From contig ADNK01001335.1 of NCBI GenBank assembly GCA_000320545.1, positions 1-64,000 of the forward strand: a stretch of DNA of 64,000 nucleotides, written 5' to 3'. The notes below the pieces were generated by a model that was not told the DNA's origin, did not search any database, and worked only from the letters and a program-made list of their open reading frames with translations. Source of the DNA: Bigelowiella natans CCMP2755 (taxonomy: Eukaryota; Protista; Cercozoa). This document shows positions 1 through 15,427 of this stretch, piece by piece. Within the stretch, counting starts at the first letter, position 1; every line of letters starts with the position of its first letter. A program made the position numbers and the translations under genes.

Positions 1-475
1 AAAGATCCCACGGAGGCGCCTAACTCCCCTACTACTTCTACTGCCTCCAACACCGTTGCATCTCCTCTTTCTTCAAACAACCCTGGTAGTAAATAGCGGG
101 GAATGGAGAAGGGGATATTGACGGCGGTTATTGAAGAAGAGAACACGAAGTTTTAATGAAGAGGGAGGGGGAGGGGGGGGAGGGTTCTGTGTTGTGACGC
201 GTTGATGGTGTTTGGTTAGCTGGAACGTCTCCTCCAATAACTCAAATCAAGACGGAAACGCCCCTCGAGGTTCGGTCGTCACAAAACACTAAATCATATG
301 ATGATGGAGTGAGCCATCAATCCCCTCATTATCATCATCATCATCATCATCATCACCTAACGGGCACAACATCGCCACCAACGTTCCTGCACATACACCA
401 CCCGCCACAAGAAGGAAGAAAGAACTAAGAGTACGTATACATGTGTTTATGTGTGTGTGTTTATGTGTGTGTGTT

Positions 476-513
<38 letters not shown>

Positions 514-1053
514 GGCAAACAAACAGGTGAAGCAGACCACCGCCGAGGTGAAAAAGGTACAAATAATAATAAAATACTGATGAGCAATCAACAAAGAACA
601 ACAATTGTAGTAGTAGTAAGGGATCACAATGCTAATGGGATGATTAAGTAAATCGTCTTATTCTCATCCTTTGTTCGTAAATCGTCGTTCTTCTTCTTCT
701 TCTTCGTCGTCTTCTTCCTTTCCTTCCCCATCTCTCTTCTGACTCGGTTAACCAATGCTGAGTGCTGATTTGCTCTGCTGCAAATACTATGGCATTATCC
801 AGACTGTGCCCCCACCAGCCATCGATATACTGGCTTCGTTGGCCGACGATACGCCTGTCGTTGTTGATAATGGAGGCAACCAGCAGCAGCAGCAGCAAGC
901 TCTCACTCCGAAGCCTAAGTTAGCTCCTCAGCTGTATAAGAAGAAGGTAAATAATGGTGATGATGATGATGATGATGATGATGATGAGGAGGAGGAGGAG
1001 GAGGAGGAGGATACTGGCGATTGTTCCACAAGGAGATATTGTAGTAACGCTAC

Positions 1054-1095
<42 letters not shown>

Positions 1096-1981
1096 TTTGT
1101 TATTGTAGTTGTTGTCCAGATATGCACTCCGTTTACGCCGTGTGTTGTTTAAGTTAGCTGCCTTCGTCTTTGTTTTTGGTGGTGATGGTGATTGTGGTCG
1201 TTGTGGTGGTGGCGGTGGTGGCTATTGAAAGTAGTCGCAGTTTGTGTGCGTGTGCGTGTGTGCGCGTGTGTGAAACGTATTTTGACATTGTTATCCTTCC
1301 CCCCTCCTTACCTATCTATGTGCTGCTGCTACAGTGGGGCGCTCTACCAAAGACTACTGTGCTCACTGCAGTCCTCAAGACCCCCGTCCCTGGAGTCAAA
1401 CAAATAGTCGCTCTCTTTAGGAAAAACCATATAGGTACTATTTAAACGACAAGCTTCATCGTCGTCGTCATAGTCGGCGCAAGCATATAGCGCGTATCCC
1501 ACAGAATGGGGTGGGGTTGTGGGTTATGATTTTCTTCCATTCGATGTAAGAAAAATGGTAATGACAAATGGTGTACTTCTGGTAGATACCGTCGCCTCCG
1601 GAGCGAAGGGCGGACTCATGAAGTTCTACTTCTACGCTCAGAGTGTAAGTGTCGTCTCTTTTTGCGTGCGCGCATCCCCCAACCCTTTATCCACCACGCG
1701 CAAGAATTCCTGGCTCACTCCTCCCTCCATTTTATGCGATGACGTCAGGCTAAGGATTCAAGTTTTTTCCTGGTGGAGGCAAATCTTCACATAGAATCGG
1801 GAAAGTGAGTGCATCAGACATCATCATCACGTCACACATGGAACAAAACACCTGCTAAAGGCTAAATACTAACAACTTCTTCCCCCCCCACAGATATGCT
1901 GCGACAATAAAGTGCGAAAACAAAGCGCTGCTATCTGATTTTGAGGGAGCGATGAAGGGGGTCCTTGCGACTATCTCCTAA
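1..1981 (+). CDS. AP4B1: 3' part of an adaptin beta subunit with a beta-appendage C-terminal (platform) domain, most like AP-4 beta; multi-exon, starts upstream of the window
   Basis: Hand-spliced GT-AG exons (~810-947, 1335-1432, 1586-1643, 1750-1804, 1894-1981) give ALTPKPKLAPQLYKKKWGALPKTTVL...FRKNHIDTVASGAKGGLMKFYFYAQSAKDSSFFLVEANLHIESGKYAATIKCEN...IS*. This resembles the AP-4 beta ear pattern (KWxxLP...IxxIASG...KFFFFAQ). Confidence 0.65.
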
Positions 1982-2726
1982 ACACGAAACATCTAGATAT
2001 GGGTCATTTTGGATGTGATATGATTCTCATGGATGTTGCGTGCATATAAAATTCTAATTTTCATCACGGTGCCGCGTTGTGCGAATAACCATTATATTTA
2101 CATTGCATTCAATTTACGCTCTACGTGTGTCCATAAATACGAGCAGTCATGCCCTGCAGCACAGCACACACATGCTGCGACAGAGCATTGCGCTCACACG
2201 TCTCTTGACGCACACCGCAGCCGCGCAAACGTGTGAGATGGATGTAATGAACAAATCAACTTTTTGTAATTATCATCCCGATGCAGCTATGTAAAGCAGC
2301 GTGCATGCAGCCATAATCAATGCTCATTTTCTACAAATGTAACGTGTGAGATAATGGATTACATGTCGATCATTGAGGGTATAGCCAATCTAGCAATGAC
2401 GACCTCCATAGACTCTGGCGAAGATTAGCGCAATATAATGTAAGAAGCCCTTCTTGCGAGTTCACATCGCAACTTTATGCAATGCTAGAATAAGCGCAGA
2501 TTTTTCCGACTTGCAATCATAAATCTTGTAATTGTCGGCCATTATCATCGAAGCAGTGACGATATTATCGGCAGAGGATTAGTCTAGTGATGCGCCTTAT
2601 TTCCACTTCGCGAAAGCATGCGAGAAGCCCAAATCCCCGAAAACTATTCGTTATTTGGTATTTAATTTAACCCAAGCCTGATAAAAAGGATCTATGTACT
2701 CGGTGGTGATCACAGAGATGACGATT

Positions 2727-2922
2727 TCACGGATGCTGGCTGGCGGGAAGCGCGGCGAGCGAATCAATCAGTGTTGCAAGCATTTGGCCTTGAAATCTGG
2801 ATCAAATCGATAAAGACGACGACGACCGATCGATTAAACGATGAGCTCTTTTACTACTACTACAACTACTACTACTACTGCTACTTCTACTTACTACTGC
2901 TACTTCTACTTACTACTACTAT

Positions 2923-2955
<33 letters not shown>

Positions 2956-4501
2956 GACATATGCAGCCAGTAGCTACAATGTTGCTCTTTACTCTCTTTC
3001 TCTCCTTTTCATCGTGTGATTTCGATCAATCGACTTACTCTCCTATTGCACCAGTGCGTGCATTATCTACGAGCTGCAAAGCTTGGCGAGGAGAATCTGG
3101 AGTCCTGTTCGTGTGCATGTGGGGGGCGCGCACGTATACGTGAGCCTCAGTGATTCAAACGCGGGAAGGGAGGGGAGGAGGGGGGAGGGCTAATAGTGTC
3201 AGAGAACGTCATCGTGTTGTGGCCTCTTTTCACTTATTCTGCGCGAATGCAAAAGGGTATGGAAATACTACCCAGAGGCAATGATTGCCATTGCGCTTTT
3301 GAACACCAGGCCCTCATATCTGCAGTCAACGGTAAACAAGTAAGAAAGGAGAGCGCACGGAAGAATGGGGAGGGGGCCTGGTGACGACCACCAGCCCATC
3401 ATCAAAGAACCTCACATCATCACTAAGAAGAAGAGAGGGATTGTAGTAGCTCTTTGTTCCTAGGAAGTATCCTTGCATCGTACGAGTAAGCTATTGTCGT
3501 TGCGGTTCATCAATGCACCGTGTCATCATGACCTCTGCTGCTTTTGCTGCTGCTGCTGCTGCTGCTGCTACTTCTCTCGTACTAGCACCTGCACAATTTC
3601 TCCTGCTTCTTCTTCTTTTCCTTCATCTTATGCTACTACTACTACTACTACTACTACTACTTGTTGTTGTTGTTCTTCTTCTTCTACTGCTACTACTGCT
3701 ACTAGTGCTAACAACTACTTACTACTACCCTGTCGGATCTACGGTGCCAAGGCCCCGAGCCTATGCCAAAGGAACGACGATTATGACTTCGGTATGGTTG
3801 ACGATATAACGCCACAAAAATACAACAAGTACAGCGTCTACTATCAAGATTTTTCCTCCTTTACCCGTGGAAAACGAATACGTCGCCCTTGCTACTGTAA
3901 TAATCTCATTCTCCGCCTCCCCCTCCTCCTCCTCCCATTGGTGTTACGGTGATAATAATAGTAGCGGCACACAACCTTTGCATTCTGCACTAGCGCATGC
4001 AACCCGTCGAAGTACCGGGAGAGCCCGTCTCGATCCTCAGTCTCTCGGTGTGCGTTGAGTATGTTGTCAACCTGTGGTGTTGTTGTTGTTGTTGTTGTTG
4101 GTGATGATGATGATGATGATGGTGGTGATGGTGATGATGGTGATGGTGATGACGACGGTGTTGTTGATGATGATGGTGATGATGCTGTTGTCGTTGCTAT
4201 TAAAAAAGCATTTCAAAGCAAAAGATATGTCATCGAGGCATGGGCAAGGCTGAGCTGTTTTCAACAGCATTCCTCCTCCCCCTCCCCCTCCTTTGCGTAG
4301 ACACCGACTCCCTCCCTAGCTTCTCAGGTATGATATTTGCCACTTACTATCATCTGAACGCTTCTCAGAGCCTCGCTGCTATCTTCATCTAAGTATCCAT
4401 ATTCACATGTGTGTGTATAATATATTTAGGTATGGAGAAGAATAGCTTAATACTGTACACACACACACACACACACACACATACACCACACACTGTTATT
4501 A

Positions 4502-4538
<37 letters not shown>

Positions 4539-5544
4539 TGTATATACATAATGTAAATATATAATATCTACATTATAACATAGCAGTGGTGTGTGTGTGT
4601 GTGTGTGTGTGTTCGTGTGCGCGTGCTGAGCACATATAATACATACAAGCGCGTAATAATTATCAGATGATCTCTCTCTTTCCTTAGAGTGGATTCATTC
4701 GAGAAAGAATGGGTAACCCCCCTCACTGCCAACACACCTTCTCCACTCTCTCCTCCTCCCCCCCACGCGCTTTGCCTGGTACCAGCCGATATCAACGCGT
4801 CGAGAAGAAACCTACCAAACGACGACCGCAATCAGGAAGAGGTGTGTGTGTGTGTGTGAAATAACGCTGCTCATGGCGCCCTGCGGCATTGCCACACTGA
4901 GAGGCGAGGCGAAGGATAACACGCTCTCTCTCCCAGCAGGTGTATATTGTAAGTTTGGTATGTGTTTGACGACTCAGCTCGAATCGAAAGCGGCCTGGAA
5001 GCTTAGGAGCGGGAGATCTCTACTGCTTCTTGGCAATGTTGTTAGCTAGGGATAAGTTTTCCTTACGGTTTGGCTTTCGAGTAGTCTTTAAGGCGCAGCA
5101 GCAACTGTGCGACTGTGATGATCAGGCAAATAAGCGCACAACAGTGCGAGTGGATAATACAGTAAAAAAGACCCTCTGATGATAGCTTCGGTCGTTCAAA
5201 AATCACCATTGAGTAATGACAAGTGGTGGGCGGTGGTGGTGATGGAGTGAGAGCAGACGAATGGGGATTTTTCTCGTTTGGGTTTAGTTTCTGAATCAGG
5301 GCGGGGGGGAGAAAGGACAGCAACCTGACTCTGCTTGTTTGCCTGTTAATGGGTTGTAAGGTCCTGGTAGAATATATATGTGTTTGTGATGATTATGACG
5401 ATGATGACGACGATGACGACGATGATGATGATGATGATAATGATGATGAAACGAGGGGAAATGACGATGCGACTATATTTATGTTGAACAGAAAGCGATC
5501 ATTACGTTCGTTTCTAAGTACATATTCGGTACCTTGGAATAATT

Positions 5545-5578
<34 letters not shown>

Positions 5579-5888
5579 CACCGTCATATATCATCACCAC
5601 TTGGCATTAATGTTGTACTAGTTACCACACATTTTTCACCTTTATGTTTCTTGAACAATGCATGTGATTTCTGCAGGTACTCGAGCGCTTTACGGAATCT
5701 ATTTGTGGTACAGCGAGATCTTAAAGAAAGAGGGGGGTAAAAATGGAGGAAGTGCGCGGTTGAAAGGATGTTGGGCATGTTTGGCGCACATCCTAGTGGT
5801 GATGTTCCCAAGAAGAAGAGAGCCACCTCCTTTCTCTCTTTCTCTTTACATTACATTGCATGGCATTGTATTGCATTGAGAACACCAG

Positions 5889-5942
<54 letters not shown>

Positions 5943-6467
5943 TCACTCACAGTTTTTCAGGGGGCAGCTGATATCTCCCATCATCATGATCGTCATCATT
6001 GTTTCCGTCCTCCTCCTCATCATCATCCGTCTTGCTGTTTGCCGTTGTTTTGCCTTCCTTCTTCCTCCTCCTCCCTTTCCCCACTCGTTCCTTCCTTTTC
6101 TTCTTCTTCTTCTTCCTCGGCATGCGTCGCCCCTGTTCATCATCACTGGGAGAATCTGCCAGCTGCCCCTCCTCCTCTTCGCCTTGGTCCACTGATGCTG
6201 CTTCTCTTTGCATGGCTAGAGCAACGTAGCACTCTCCAACCTGAGGATATTAGCGGTTCAGCAGTCGTCTGTTTCTTTCAATGCGAGGAAGAAGAATAAG
6301 ATGGAGGAGGAGGAGGACAACGACTACGAAATGGTATTTTCTTCTGCAGAGATGAAGCTTCTGGGGGAAAGAAAAGCTCTCGAGGTTTGTGATTGGACGC
6401 ACAGTATTTGCTTACGACAAGGTTCTACGGAATTGAATGTTCTCAAATACCGCTCGTGCTGCAGCTT

Positions 6468-6504
<37 letters not shown>

Positions 6505-6722
6505 CGTGTGCAGGATCTTTGCACACATTACTTTATCCGAACCTTATAGGTGGCAAAAGGTGGGAAAAGGCATAATCGTCGTGTGTTAGGACTGTGTTAC
6601 AGCTTGCATGCACGTTGCGTGCGGTGACAGCACCATCGCCAAAACACTTATGCAGCACAAATGGATGAGCAGGCATGTATAGCCTATTCAAAGATTCTCC
6701 TGGTTTATATCAACATTCATCG

Positions 6723-6757
<35 letters not shown>

Positions 6758-7794
6758 CTTTTTGCCATCACCTTCGTCCCTCTCGTGTAAATCTAGCGCA
6801 TTCTTAACGGTATCTATTGCCGCCCAAAGCTCCGACTCGTTTCTGTACTCGCGCCAGGAAGGAACGGCAACAAGAGACGATTTACAAAGGAGGCATAGAA
6901 TAGGAAAGGCAAAAAGAAGAAGAATATGTAACAGGACAACGAAAATCAAAGCAACATGAAAGCAAACGTCTCCCTCCAGGTATTAATACAAGGCCTTTCT
7001 CTTCAAGTCGCTGCTGTGCTCTTAACATCTTCAGCCCATCCTCTATCTGGGTCTCTACTACTTCTTCTTATCGACTACTACGACTACTAATACTACCGTG
7101 AGTGGAAAGCAAAGATGGACTTCATTCGTCCAATATCCCACATATCAAACCAGGTTGCTGCAATGCCAGCATCCACCTTGGAGGATGGGGAGAGGGGGGG
7201 AGGGGGGGAGGAGGAGGAGGAAAACAACAGATGCATCACAATTTTTATTTTTGCCATTTCTCCCTTAGCATGTCATATTCCATGATATATGGCGTGCTTT
7301 CTTCTCTTTCTCATTCTCTCTCTGTCCGTGTGTGTGTGTGTGTGTGTGTGTGTGCCACCTTGACATTCATTGCCTTCTCAAAGTAAATTAGAGCTTCCTC
7401 GGTCCGTCCTGACAGTCGCCATCGTCGAAATCGCAGCAATATCATAATCACCATCATCCACAACCATCGTCAACCACATTCACAAATCAGCTTCTGTTGT
7501 GCATCATATATAGTATATATCTGTTGTTGTGGTTATTCTTGATTATATGCAGACCGAGGCCCTCGTATGTCACTCCTGAGGATGAGGGGAGAAGGAGAAG
7601 GAGAGGGTGGGGTTAGAAGAAGGAAGGAGGAGGAGAAGGAGGAGAAGGCATTAACTTCAGGAAATAGGTAAATGATTCTTTCTGCTCACGCACTTCCAAA
7701 CACACACGCACAATGTTGGTCATAAATCAGCCCGCATAGAGACGTAGCAGAAACATCGGTGTCCCCAAATATTGCATTTATAGAGTTGACGATG

Positions 7795-7828
<34 letters not shown>

Positions 7829-8099
7829 AAGGAGGAGTGTTTAGACGGGAGAAATCAAAGGGAGAACAAACTCAACAAAAGGGGAGGGGAAAGATTTAAC
7901 AACCGAAGTTGCGGTACACCATGTCGTAAACCCGCCACGCGCCTGTTAGATGCATCCATTTTTTAAACATCAACAACGATCATTACCATTTGTCATTATC
8001 ACCATCATCATACCGAGGCAGCAGCAGCAGCAGTAGCATGATCATCATGCTTACCAACTTGTAGTGACGGAGTAAGTATTGGGAGTGGAACTTATACAC

Positions 8100-8168
<69 letters not shown>

Positions 8169-8546
8169 TGTGAGCACGCAAGTATGAAGACACGACATTA
8201 GCGTGATCATCATGATAGGAATAGGATGGTGCATGCTGTAACATGCACGAATCTTGCAAATTGGCAAGGACGGCTACGACGAAGAGGATGGAGAATGTGT
8301 GGACTGCTGCCTGGTTCTGATTCTTCCAGGTTGAGAATCTCCATTAACTCCGTGAGGAACTCCTTTGTGAGTGTACGCATAATCAGGTTTGCATTTATAA
8401 TGTACAACTGCTACCACCACTATTACTACTATCACTACTATTGCTGCTACTACTACGCGCAACTATAGGTATTCTTTGAGAGCCATTGCAACAAGCATAG
8501 AGCTACCAGCGACTCCGAGTACCGCGACTGCTTCGCTCGTATGGCC

Positions 8547-8580
<34 letters not shown>

Positions 8581-8939
8581 AACTATTACATTCACGGAGA
8601 ACGACAACCTCCATATCATCAACTGAATTATCATCTATCTGATTATTACCGCGTAGAAGTTGAGAGCCTTGACTAACCACAGCTTTCCCTGTACGCATCA
8701 TGTTTGGTGGATGGGGGAAAGAATGTCGGTTTTAAATTTCAAATGATACATGCACAATGCCGAAGAGGGCGCACAAGTCTCGCCTATTACTTTTGCAAGT
8801 ATGTATGTATTCGTGCTTCTACCAACAAACTTCTTCCTTCTTCTCTCTCTCGATGATATTCTCCCTGCCCATTCTGCCCCATCCATTCTTCTCCCATGTC
8901 AGTGCTTTTGGCGATCTTCTTTGGTTGTTGGCTGGCCCC

Positions 8940-8973
<34 letters not shown>

Positions 8974-10666
8974 GCAATCTTACCTTTTTCTTCCGACATA
9001 TCGGCAAAATGGTGGACATGATGGCATCCGCGCGGTCTAGCATGTAGTTCTTGAGATAAGCACCCACAAGGTCCAGAGCATGGCCTTTCACGGATAAACA
9101 AATTCAATTGGATATACGAATTGGTTGCAAAGAAGACATTAATATCCCCCCCCCCCCCCCTCCCCCTCCTCTTTTCCTTTCCTTTTCTTGCTTATATTTA
9201 ACCTAAATTCTTAGGGCGACTCAGGACTCGGTTGACGGCCCCCGCCTTTTGTTGTACGAGTTCATCATTGGATGACACCGCTTGTGCCAACAGCTCCTTT
9301 GCTTGCAATAAACTAACGCTTAAGTCCTGATTTCGATCATCTGATGTTGTTGATGATAATGATGATGAGGAGGAGGAGGAGGAGGAGGGTGATATCGACA
9401 GGGACGATGGGGAAGATGATGCTGTCGGGTCTTGTAATGATGGCGCATCATCAACCGTCCCTGCTATCTCGAGAAAACCAGCCGTGAGTATCTGGCTTAG
9501 TTCTTGCTCGTACTCCGCAAGCGCCTTCTGATTTGCCTCGAACCCACCCTAGTGATGATTTAATAACATCCCGCACAGCAAATAACCCGTTGAATGAAAA
9601 GACAATCGATCTACGGGGGAGGCCAGAGCCACGGAGTGTGCATTTTCACTACATCCCCGTATTTTGCAAAAATGCACATACCTGAAAATCGTTGTCAGTC
9701 CAATCTCGTTTCATCACCGCCTTGTGCTCCTCAATTTGCTCCAGCAACTCGTCATAAATCGCCTTCATTTCCTTCGGTGCATCAGCTGGAAGCCCTCCTT
9801 CAGCCAACAGCTCCTCCAACGACTCCTCCACATCTTCCACGCTGCTCTTTGCTGCCAAATCGAGATCTTGTGCACTGGTTTCCTGAGAAATCTTAAACAT
9901 TGTATCATTTCTTTTGCACAAACTTATGTAATGAGGAGTATCATTTCTATGCACAAGCCTATGTAATAAGTAGTAACTAACACTGTAGAGGCAACAGACA
10001 ACTTTCTCTCTTCGCTACCTCTACGCACACACATGGACATAAAGATGACAGAGAGGCATACAATTTGATAGATAGCAACAACTTTAGGTAGAGCTGGATG
10101 CATGAAAGTGAATCTAGGGAGGAATTATATTGCATTTTTTTAAAAGAATTGATACTACTATTACGGAGAGTAAATATCACCGTTTGGCCTGCACAGGTGG
10201 TGGTGCTGGACTCAAAGTCACAATAGCGTTGATCTTCGTCGTCGTCAGCACCTAATGATGCCTCTAGAATGTGTCTTTCAGCTAAGAGATCCTGATCATC
10301 ATAAATGAATTTCAGAATCATCATCGTCAGGATCGAGGTACTTCCTTCCATTAGCCTTTTACTTACTTCGACAAGAATTCGGTAATCTTCTATAATTTTG
10401 AGAGCATCCGGGAAATTCTTAGGTTTTATTATCCCCAGTCGAAAGCTCCGCTCATAGAAGTTTTCGCTGGTCCGGGCACAGAACAAACGTCAAATTCACA
10501 GTCAAATACCCTTCTGTTCCGAAGCAGGCGGACTTTCACTCCATTCGAGTTCGTTCAAGGAAAAACATAAAACACTTAATTACCTTGGTTGATCGGCCAA
10601 ATAGGACCTCCCAAAGGCCGAGATCATTAGAGCGAGCGGGAGAAGCAACCGGCACGCGGCCGCCAT
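2727..10666 (-). CDS. Multi-exon hypothetical protein with an N-terminal signal peptide and TPR-like helices; exon structure approximate
   Basis: ATG at 10666 gives MAAACRLLLPLALMISAFGRSYLA (signal-like). GT-AG-bounded minus-strand exons include FYERSFRLGIIKPKNFPDALKIIEDY, EMKAIYDELLEQIEEHK, ALDLVGAYLKNYMLDRADAIM, FRKALEYLQKSHALFKKH and VAQLLLRLKDYSKAKP. The last exon is FQGQMLATLIDSLAALPASQHP* (TGA at 2727-2729). It could be two genes. Confidence 0.5.
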
Positions 10667-10936
10667 CCTGCTCGGATTGCAGAGGGGGCTCGTCTGGTGT
10701 TGGGAAGATCCGGCGGAAGAAATACACCAAATGACTTTTTCGGTGCGACAAGAATTTGACCCTGTCTTTTACTAGAAATCACCACTAGATCTACGATTAT
10801 TTCCTTGCTTTTGAGATGTCTCGGAAAGTCTCGAGAGATGATTGGGGCAATGCCGGTTTTTTTTTATCCTCGTACAGAGCGAGAGAACCGAGATCGACGT
10901 GAGTTCTGCGGCAGCTTTGCTGGGTTCGCACGAGTA

Positions 10937-11814
10937 ATGCTGCTGGCGGCTGTGGTGCAGAGGAGGGGGCGTGTAGTGGCCTTTTGGGCAAGTCCAGGCT
11001 CTGGCCCGAGAGCCCTGAAAAGATGCTGCAGCGCCTTCATCCCAGGCTGCTTCTCCGCAGAGCGTATGTCCACAGCAATTCCGAGCCAAAGACGGAGATT
11101 CTCCGTTAACCGTCCAAGTCAAAACCAAGATGACCGGGTGGTGAAGTCTGCAAGTCACTCACAAATAGCCTCCCCGCCCCTGATGAACACGTGTCCCTTG
11201 TTCACATGCAGGTAACTCCAGGGGTGATGGATGAGATGCTGAGGTGGCTAGACAATTCAGGATCGGTTTTCCGAAATAGCGTCGAGGTTCAGTGGTCCCC
11301 CGACTCAGGTGGTTAATTTACCACAGACTACCCGGCAGTGCTACGTATAAAGTGACGTCATACGCCTTAGCATCGATGCCTGGAATAATGGGTAGGTTAT
11401 CGCTTGGTAGCCAAAAGGCCAATTGCAGCTGGGGAAACCGTTGTCTCACTACCCAGTGACATTCCTCTTTCCATCAAAAAAGGAGATCCAGCTTACATCC
11501 ACGATCTAGTAAGATTCCTCACTCCACTCCCCCCCCCCCCCTCGTTAGCTTCGCAATACACCCCTTTGGAAGAACAACATATCTAAACTTATATAAGCGA
11601 ATGAGCCCTTGCAACTTGTGAACAACTCCAGTGTGGCCGTATACCTTCGGAGTTGTGGGGAGTCAAACTGGGTAACTTTCCTTAACATCGTGTCGCACTA
11701 TTTGTGGTTTCACTTTTGCTTTCCTTAGGCTTACGGCTTCTTCTCGAACGCACACGAGGTAAATGATTGTAAGATTTTTTTTTGGGGGGGAGGGGGGGGC
11801 GAGCGAGAGAGGGA

Positions 11815-11870
<56 letters not shown>

Positions 11871-13213
11871 ACCTGAATAACATACCCAGCTAGCAACTTC
11901 CACACACATACTCATTCAACAGGGAACTCAGGGTTTCATAGTTCGTATGTAGCCAACCTCCCTAATGCAGGTATTATTGTCCACCGCAAGCTTTTCTTCT
12001 TCTATTTCTCCTCTTTCTCAAGTGGCAGGCCACCTGATTAATTTTTGCACAAACAGTATAGACGTTATAGTATTATAGCCTTCCCTATGCAACATCATGG
12101 TTGTAAGATACCTCGAACAGCACAACAAATCTTCATCCTTTTCCTTTTGTTCTTCCTGGTGGCATCCTGAAGCAATTTCAGCTACAACTCTTCCTCCTCC
12201 TCCTCCTCCTCCTACTACTACTACTACTACTTCTTCTTCTTCTTCTTCTCCTCCCACTGCCACTATTACTACTACTACTACTACTACTACTACCTTGTCC
12301 CAATTGCTTTTTGAAAATGGTCCGATGTTTAGTATCAGGGATACCGATTTTCTTCTCCCGAGAAGAGTTGCACGCCCTGCAATACCCTCCAGTAATTCAA
12401 CAGGTAGTAGTACAAGTAGTTGTAACTTGCAGGCCTCGCAACTAAACAACAACGAATGATAATACCGCAGGTCACATTGCGGAGTCGGTTCCTGAACGAT
12501 TTCACCAATCAGCATTTGTCTTCGTCTGGATCCGATGGAACTTTTGAAGGTCGCGAGGCCTTTGCCCGCCATTGTATAGAAATACTACTGCCGCTGCTGC
12601 TGCTGCTGCTGCTGCTTTTTGTAAGTGCCAGATAAATATGCGTATTGATGTTGCCAGGACTCAAGATCGATATGAACGCTCTGGGCTGGGGAATGGCAGC
12701 GGTGCTTTCTCGTGCTTTCAGCTTGTCCGGAGGGGAGAGGGCCATGCTTCCCCTTATCGATCTATGCAACCACAGCTTCACACCGAACTGCAAGGTTGCT
12801 TGTTCGTGCTCCATTGTCGTTGTCGTCGTCAAAAGATGGGGACTGCATGGCATTGCTAGCTGTCGAAGTTGGCATTGTTTGGTTCCTGTTGTTGTTGTTG
12901 ATGATGATGATGGTGGTGGTGGTGGTGGTGGTGGTGATGCTGCATGGTATGCTCCAACTGTTGGATCAGTACTATTTGGGATAAAATTGGATTACCATAA
13001 TCTCCTGCCTCATATTCTCACTCCGCGATGCAATCAAATCACATGTTTCTACCAGGTAAAACCGAAGCCCCTTAGCCAAGATGGCGGCTTTACCATAGAT
13101 CTCGACTCGATTTTGGACATCTCGAAGGGCGATGAGCTTTTCATAAAATACGGCAAGTCGCTCACAAATGATGATCTGGTAGGTGCGGATGCAGTCTTTG
13201 TTATTTTCGCAAG

Positions 13214-13297
<84 letters not shown>

Positions 13298-13993
13298 TTA
13301 TCACTTTGCCTATATCGTGTTTCATCAAGTGCATTTGTTATTTGGCAGCTTCTGGATTATGGCTTCGTGGATGAAAACAATCCCAACGACAGCATTGACC
13401 TGGCTTTCAACTCCGAGTTTCTTGAGGTTGCTTCTTGCACTTGTTCGTTCTCTCCGTCCTCCATCCTCCACCCGTTCTTTTAGACCTGCTGGAGAGCGGC
13501 AAAGATGCATGTTGCACTGATAGGACAATGATCAAAATAATGAATCAAAGTTGTGAGATATATTCATATCATTATATCGCTAAATCAAACAGCATTTTCA
13601 GTACCATAAATCATAATCATGCGAGAGTCCTATGCTGATATATATTCTCTTAAAAATTGGTTTCAGATGGCACGGGTAATCTCCGGACTTTCTCACAGTT
13701 CACTCCAAGAAACGTGGTAGGATTTCCACCGTAATGTTTGCGTTTGCTGTCTCTTTCAATGCGCGCGAGCGAAAATGAAGGTATATCTGATAGCCTTTCA
13801 CTGTCAAACGTGTCGTCGTGACGTAACCGTGAAAAGGAGGGCAAATGCCCTAAATGTATTAAAGATTGCTCAAGGGGACACCGTTAAGATAGGAGGACAA
13901 CGCATGGGCGGCACCACCTCTAGAAGGAGCATTCCTGGTACTTGGTCGGTGTGCTGTGATGATATACTCTGCAACAGTAAAATATAAGCATAT

Positions 13994-14063
<70 letters not shown>

Positions 14064-14685
14064 GTCAGTTGATTCTCGTATACGAGCTGTTTCGCGTCTG
14101 ATGGCTATCGATGACCCATCTGAGATGAAAGGTCCGACAACAACGTGTTCTCCTCTCATTCCTCCTGAAATGGGGGGGTGCAACTATAACCCGCGTCCTC
14201 CATCAGCAACCTAGTAGTCACACCACAGCTATGTATATCATCACCAGGAGTAGCCGTGCAAGACCTGCAGAGCCTCGAGTTTGGGGATGGCAAGATCTCG
14301 GAGAAACGAATCGACCAAGAAGCACTGAAGACCATCGCGGTACTCTGCCAAATAACAACAACAACAACAACAACAACAACATGTACGATAATGCGCGACG
14401 AGTATGAGAACACTGGCTGACAACGGCATGCGTTCTTCTTCCCAGGGTGTTTCCGCGATGTGCCTGGGCCAGTTCCCTACCACCTTGGAAGAAGACCTGA
14501 AGTGGCTGGAGAAGCATCATCATCATCATCATCATCCTGAAAACATGGCTGCTGCTGGGTCCTCGTCGGATTCAGAAGCAGCAACTGCGAACATGGTTTT
14601 GGCAGTTCATTTTCGGGTTGCGAAGAAGCGGTCCCTTGCTAGGGTTTTGGAAGTAGTCAAAGAAGAGATAAGGAGTCTTGAGTAA
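10937..14685 (+). CDS. SET-domain protein-lysine methyltransferase, Rubisco-LSMT/SETD3 class, with a basic organelle-targeting-like N-terminus
   Basis: Exons encode YRLVAKRPIAAGETVVSLP, WGMAAVLSRAF...MLPLIDLCNHS, KGDELFIKYG...NDDL/LLDYGFVDENNPND and the substrate-binding tail FPTTLEEDL...LAVHFRVAKKRSL...SLE*. Confidence 0.85.
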
Positions 14686-15427
14686 GCTGGTAGGACACCA
14701 AATATGCCATAGTAGTAAGACGTAACCGCGCTACTGTGGTAGTCTTGCCGAGTCCTGAACGTTCCTTATTTACTTAAGCAAGTTGCGAATATGGCAGCAT
14801 ATTACAATCTATTCGACCCTCCTGCGCAAGAGACACGTATATACTTGTATATACTTGGTCTCTGCTATCTATCATATTTTGCAAGGAGATATGAGCAGTG
14901 GCATTGAGCCAATGGCGCACAGTATAGGTGCTTTGTATCGTCTTGCCTATTGCAACGTGCCTGACTGCATTGTTAGGTAAGGTGTGAACACTAAGCGTAC
15001 GTACCGTGTCATGCAAGCTGTGCACTGAATGCCGCAATTTATAAATTTAGCTATAGTGAACATATACATGTCGTCTTGATTTGATCGCACGTATCGATCA
15101 AGTCTCGGTGTGCAAAGCTCTAGAAGTTTCATGGAAATAGCTAGAAGCGAGTCCGTGCGTGAGCGCGTGTCATGTCAACATGCATAATTCGATCATTGGC
15201 GATCAAGTATATGTCATATGCTGGCGTGCACGGCCACGCATTTTATGAATCACATATGGATCACGGTGGAAGCCTTGCAATTATTCAGCTTGTACGTTTA
15301 GGTCATGACGTGAAGTCACTGGCAAATAGATACACAATATAGTGAGGATGAAGTTCTGTGCCAGCAGTCGCCAGCTCCCGATTTCTATTGTTTCAACCTT
15401 TTGTTCGCGCTACGTATTCCTGGCCAT

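Noticed and set aside
451-9100. Numerous short ORFs with poly-V/C, M, Y, H, L or RE runs
   Set aside because: Translations of intronic microsatellites.
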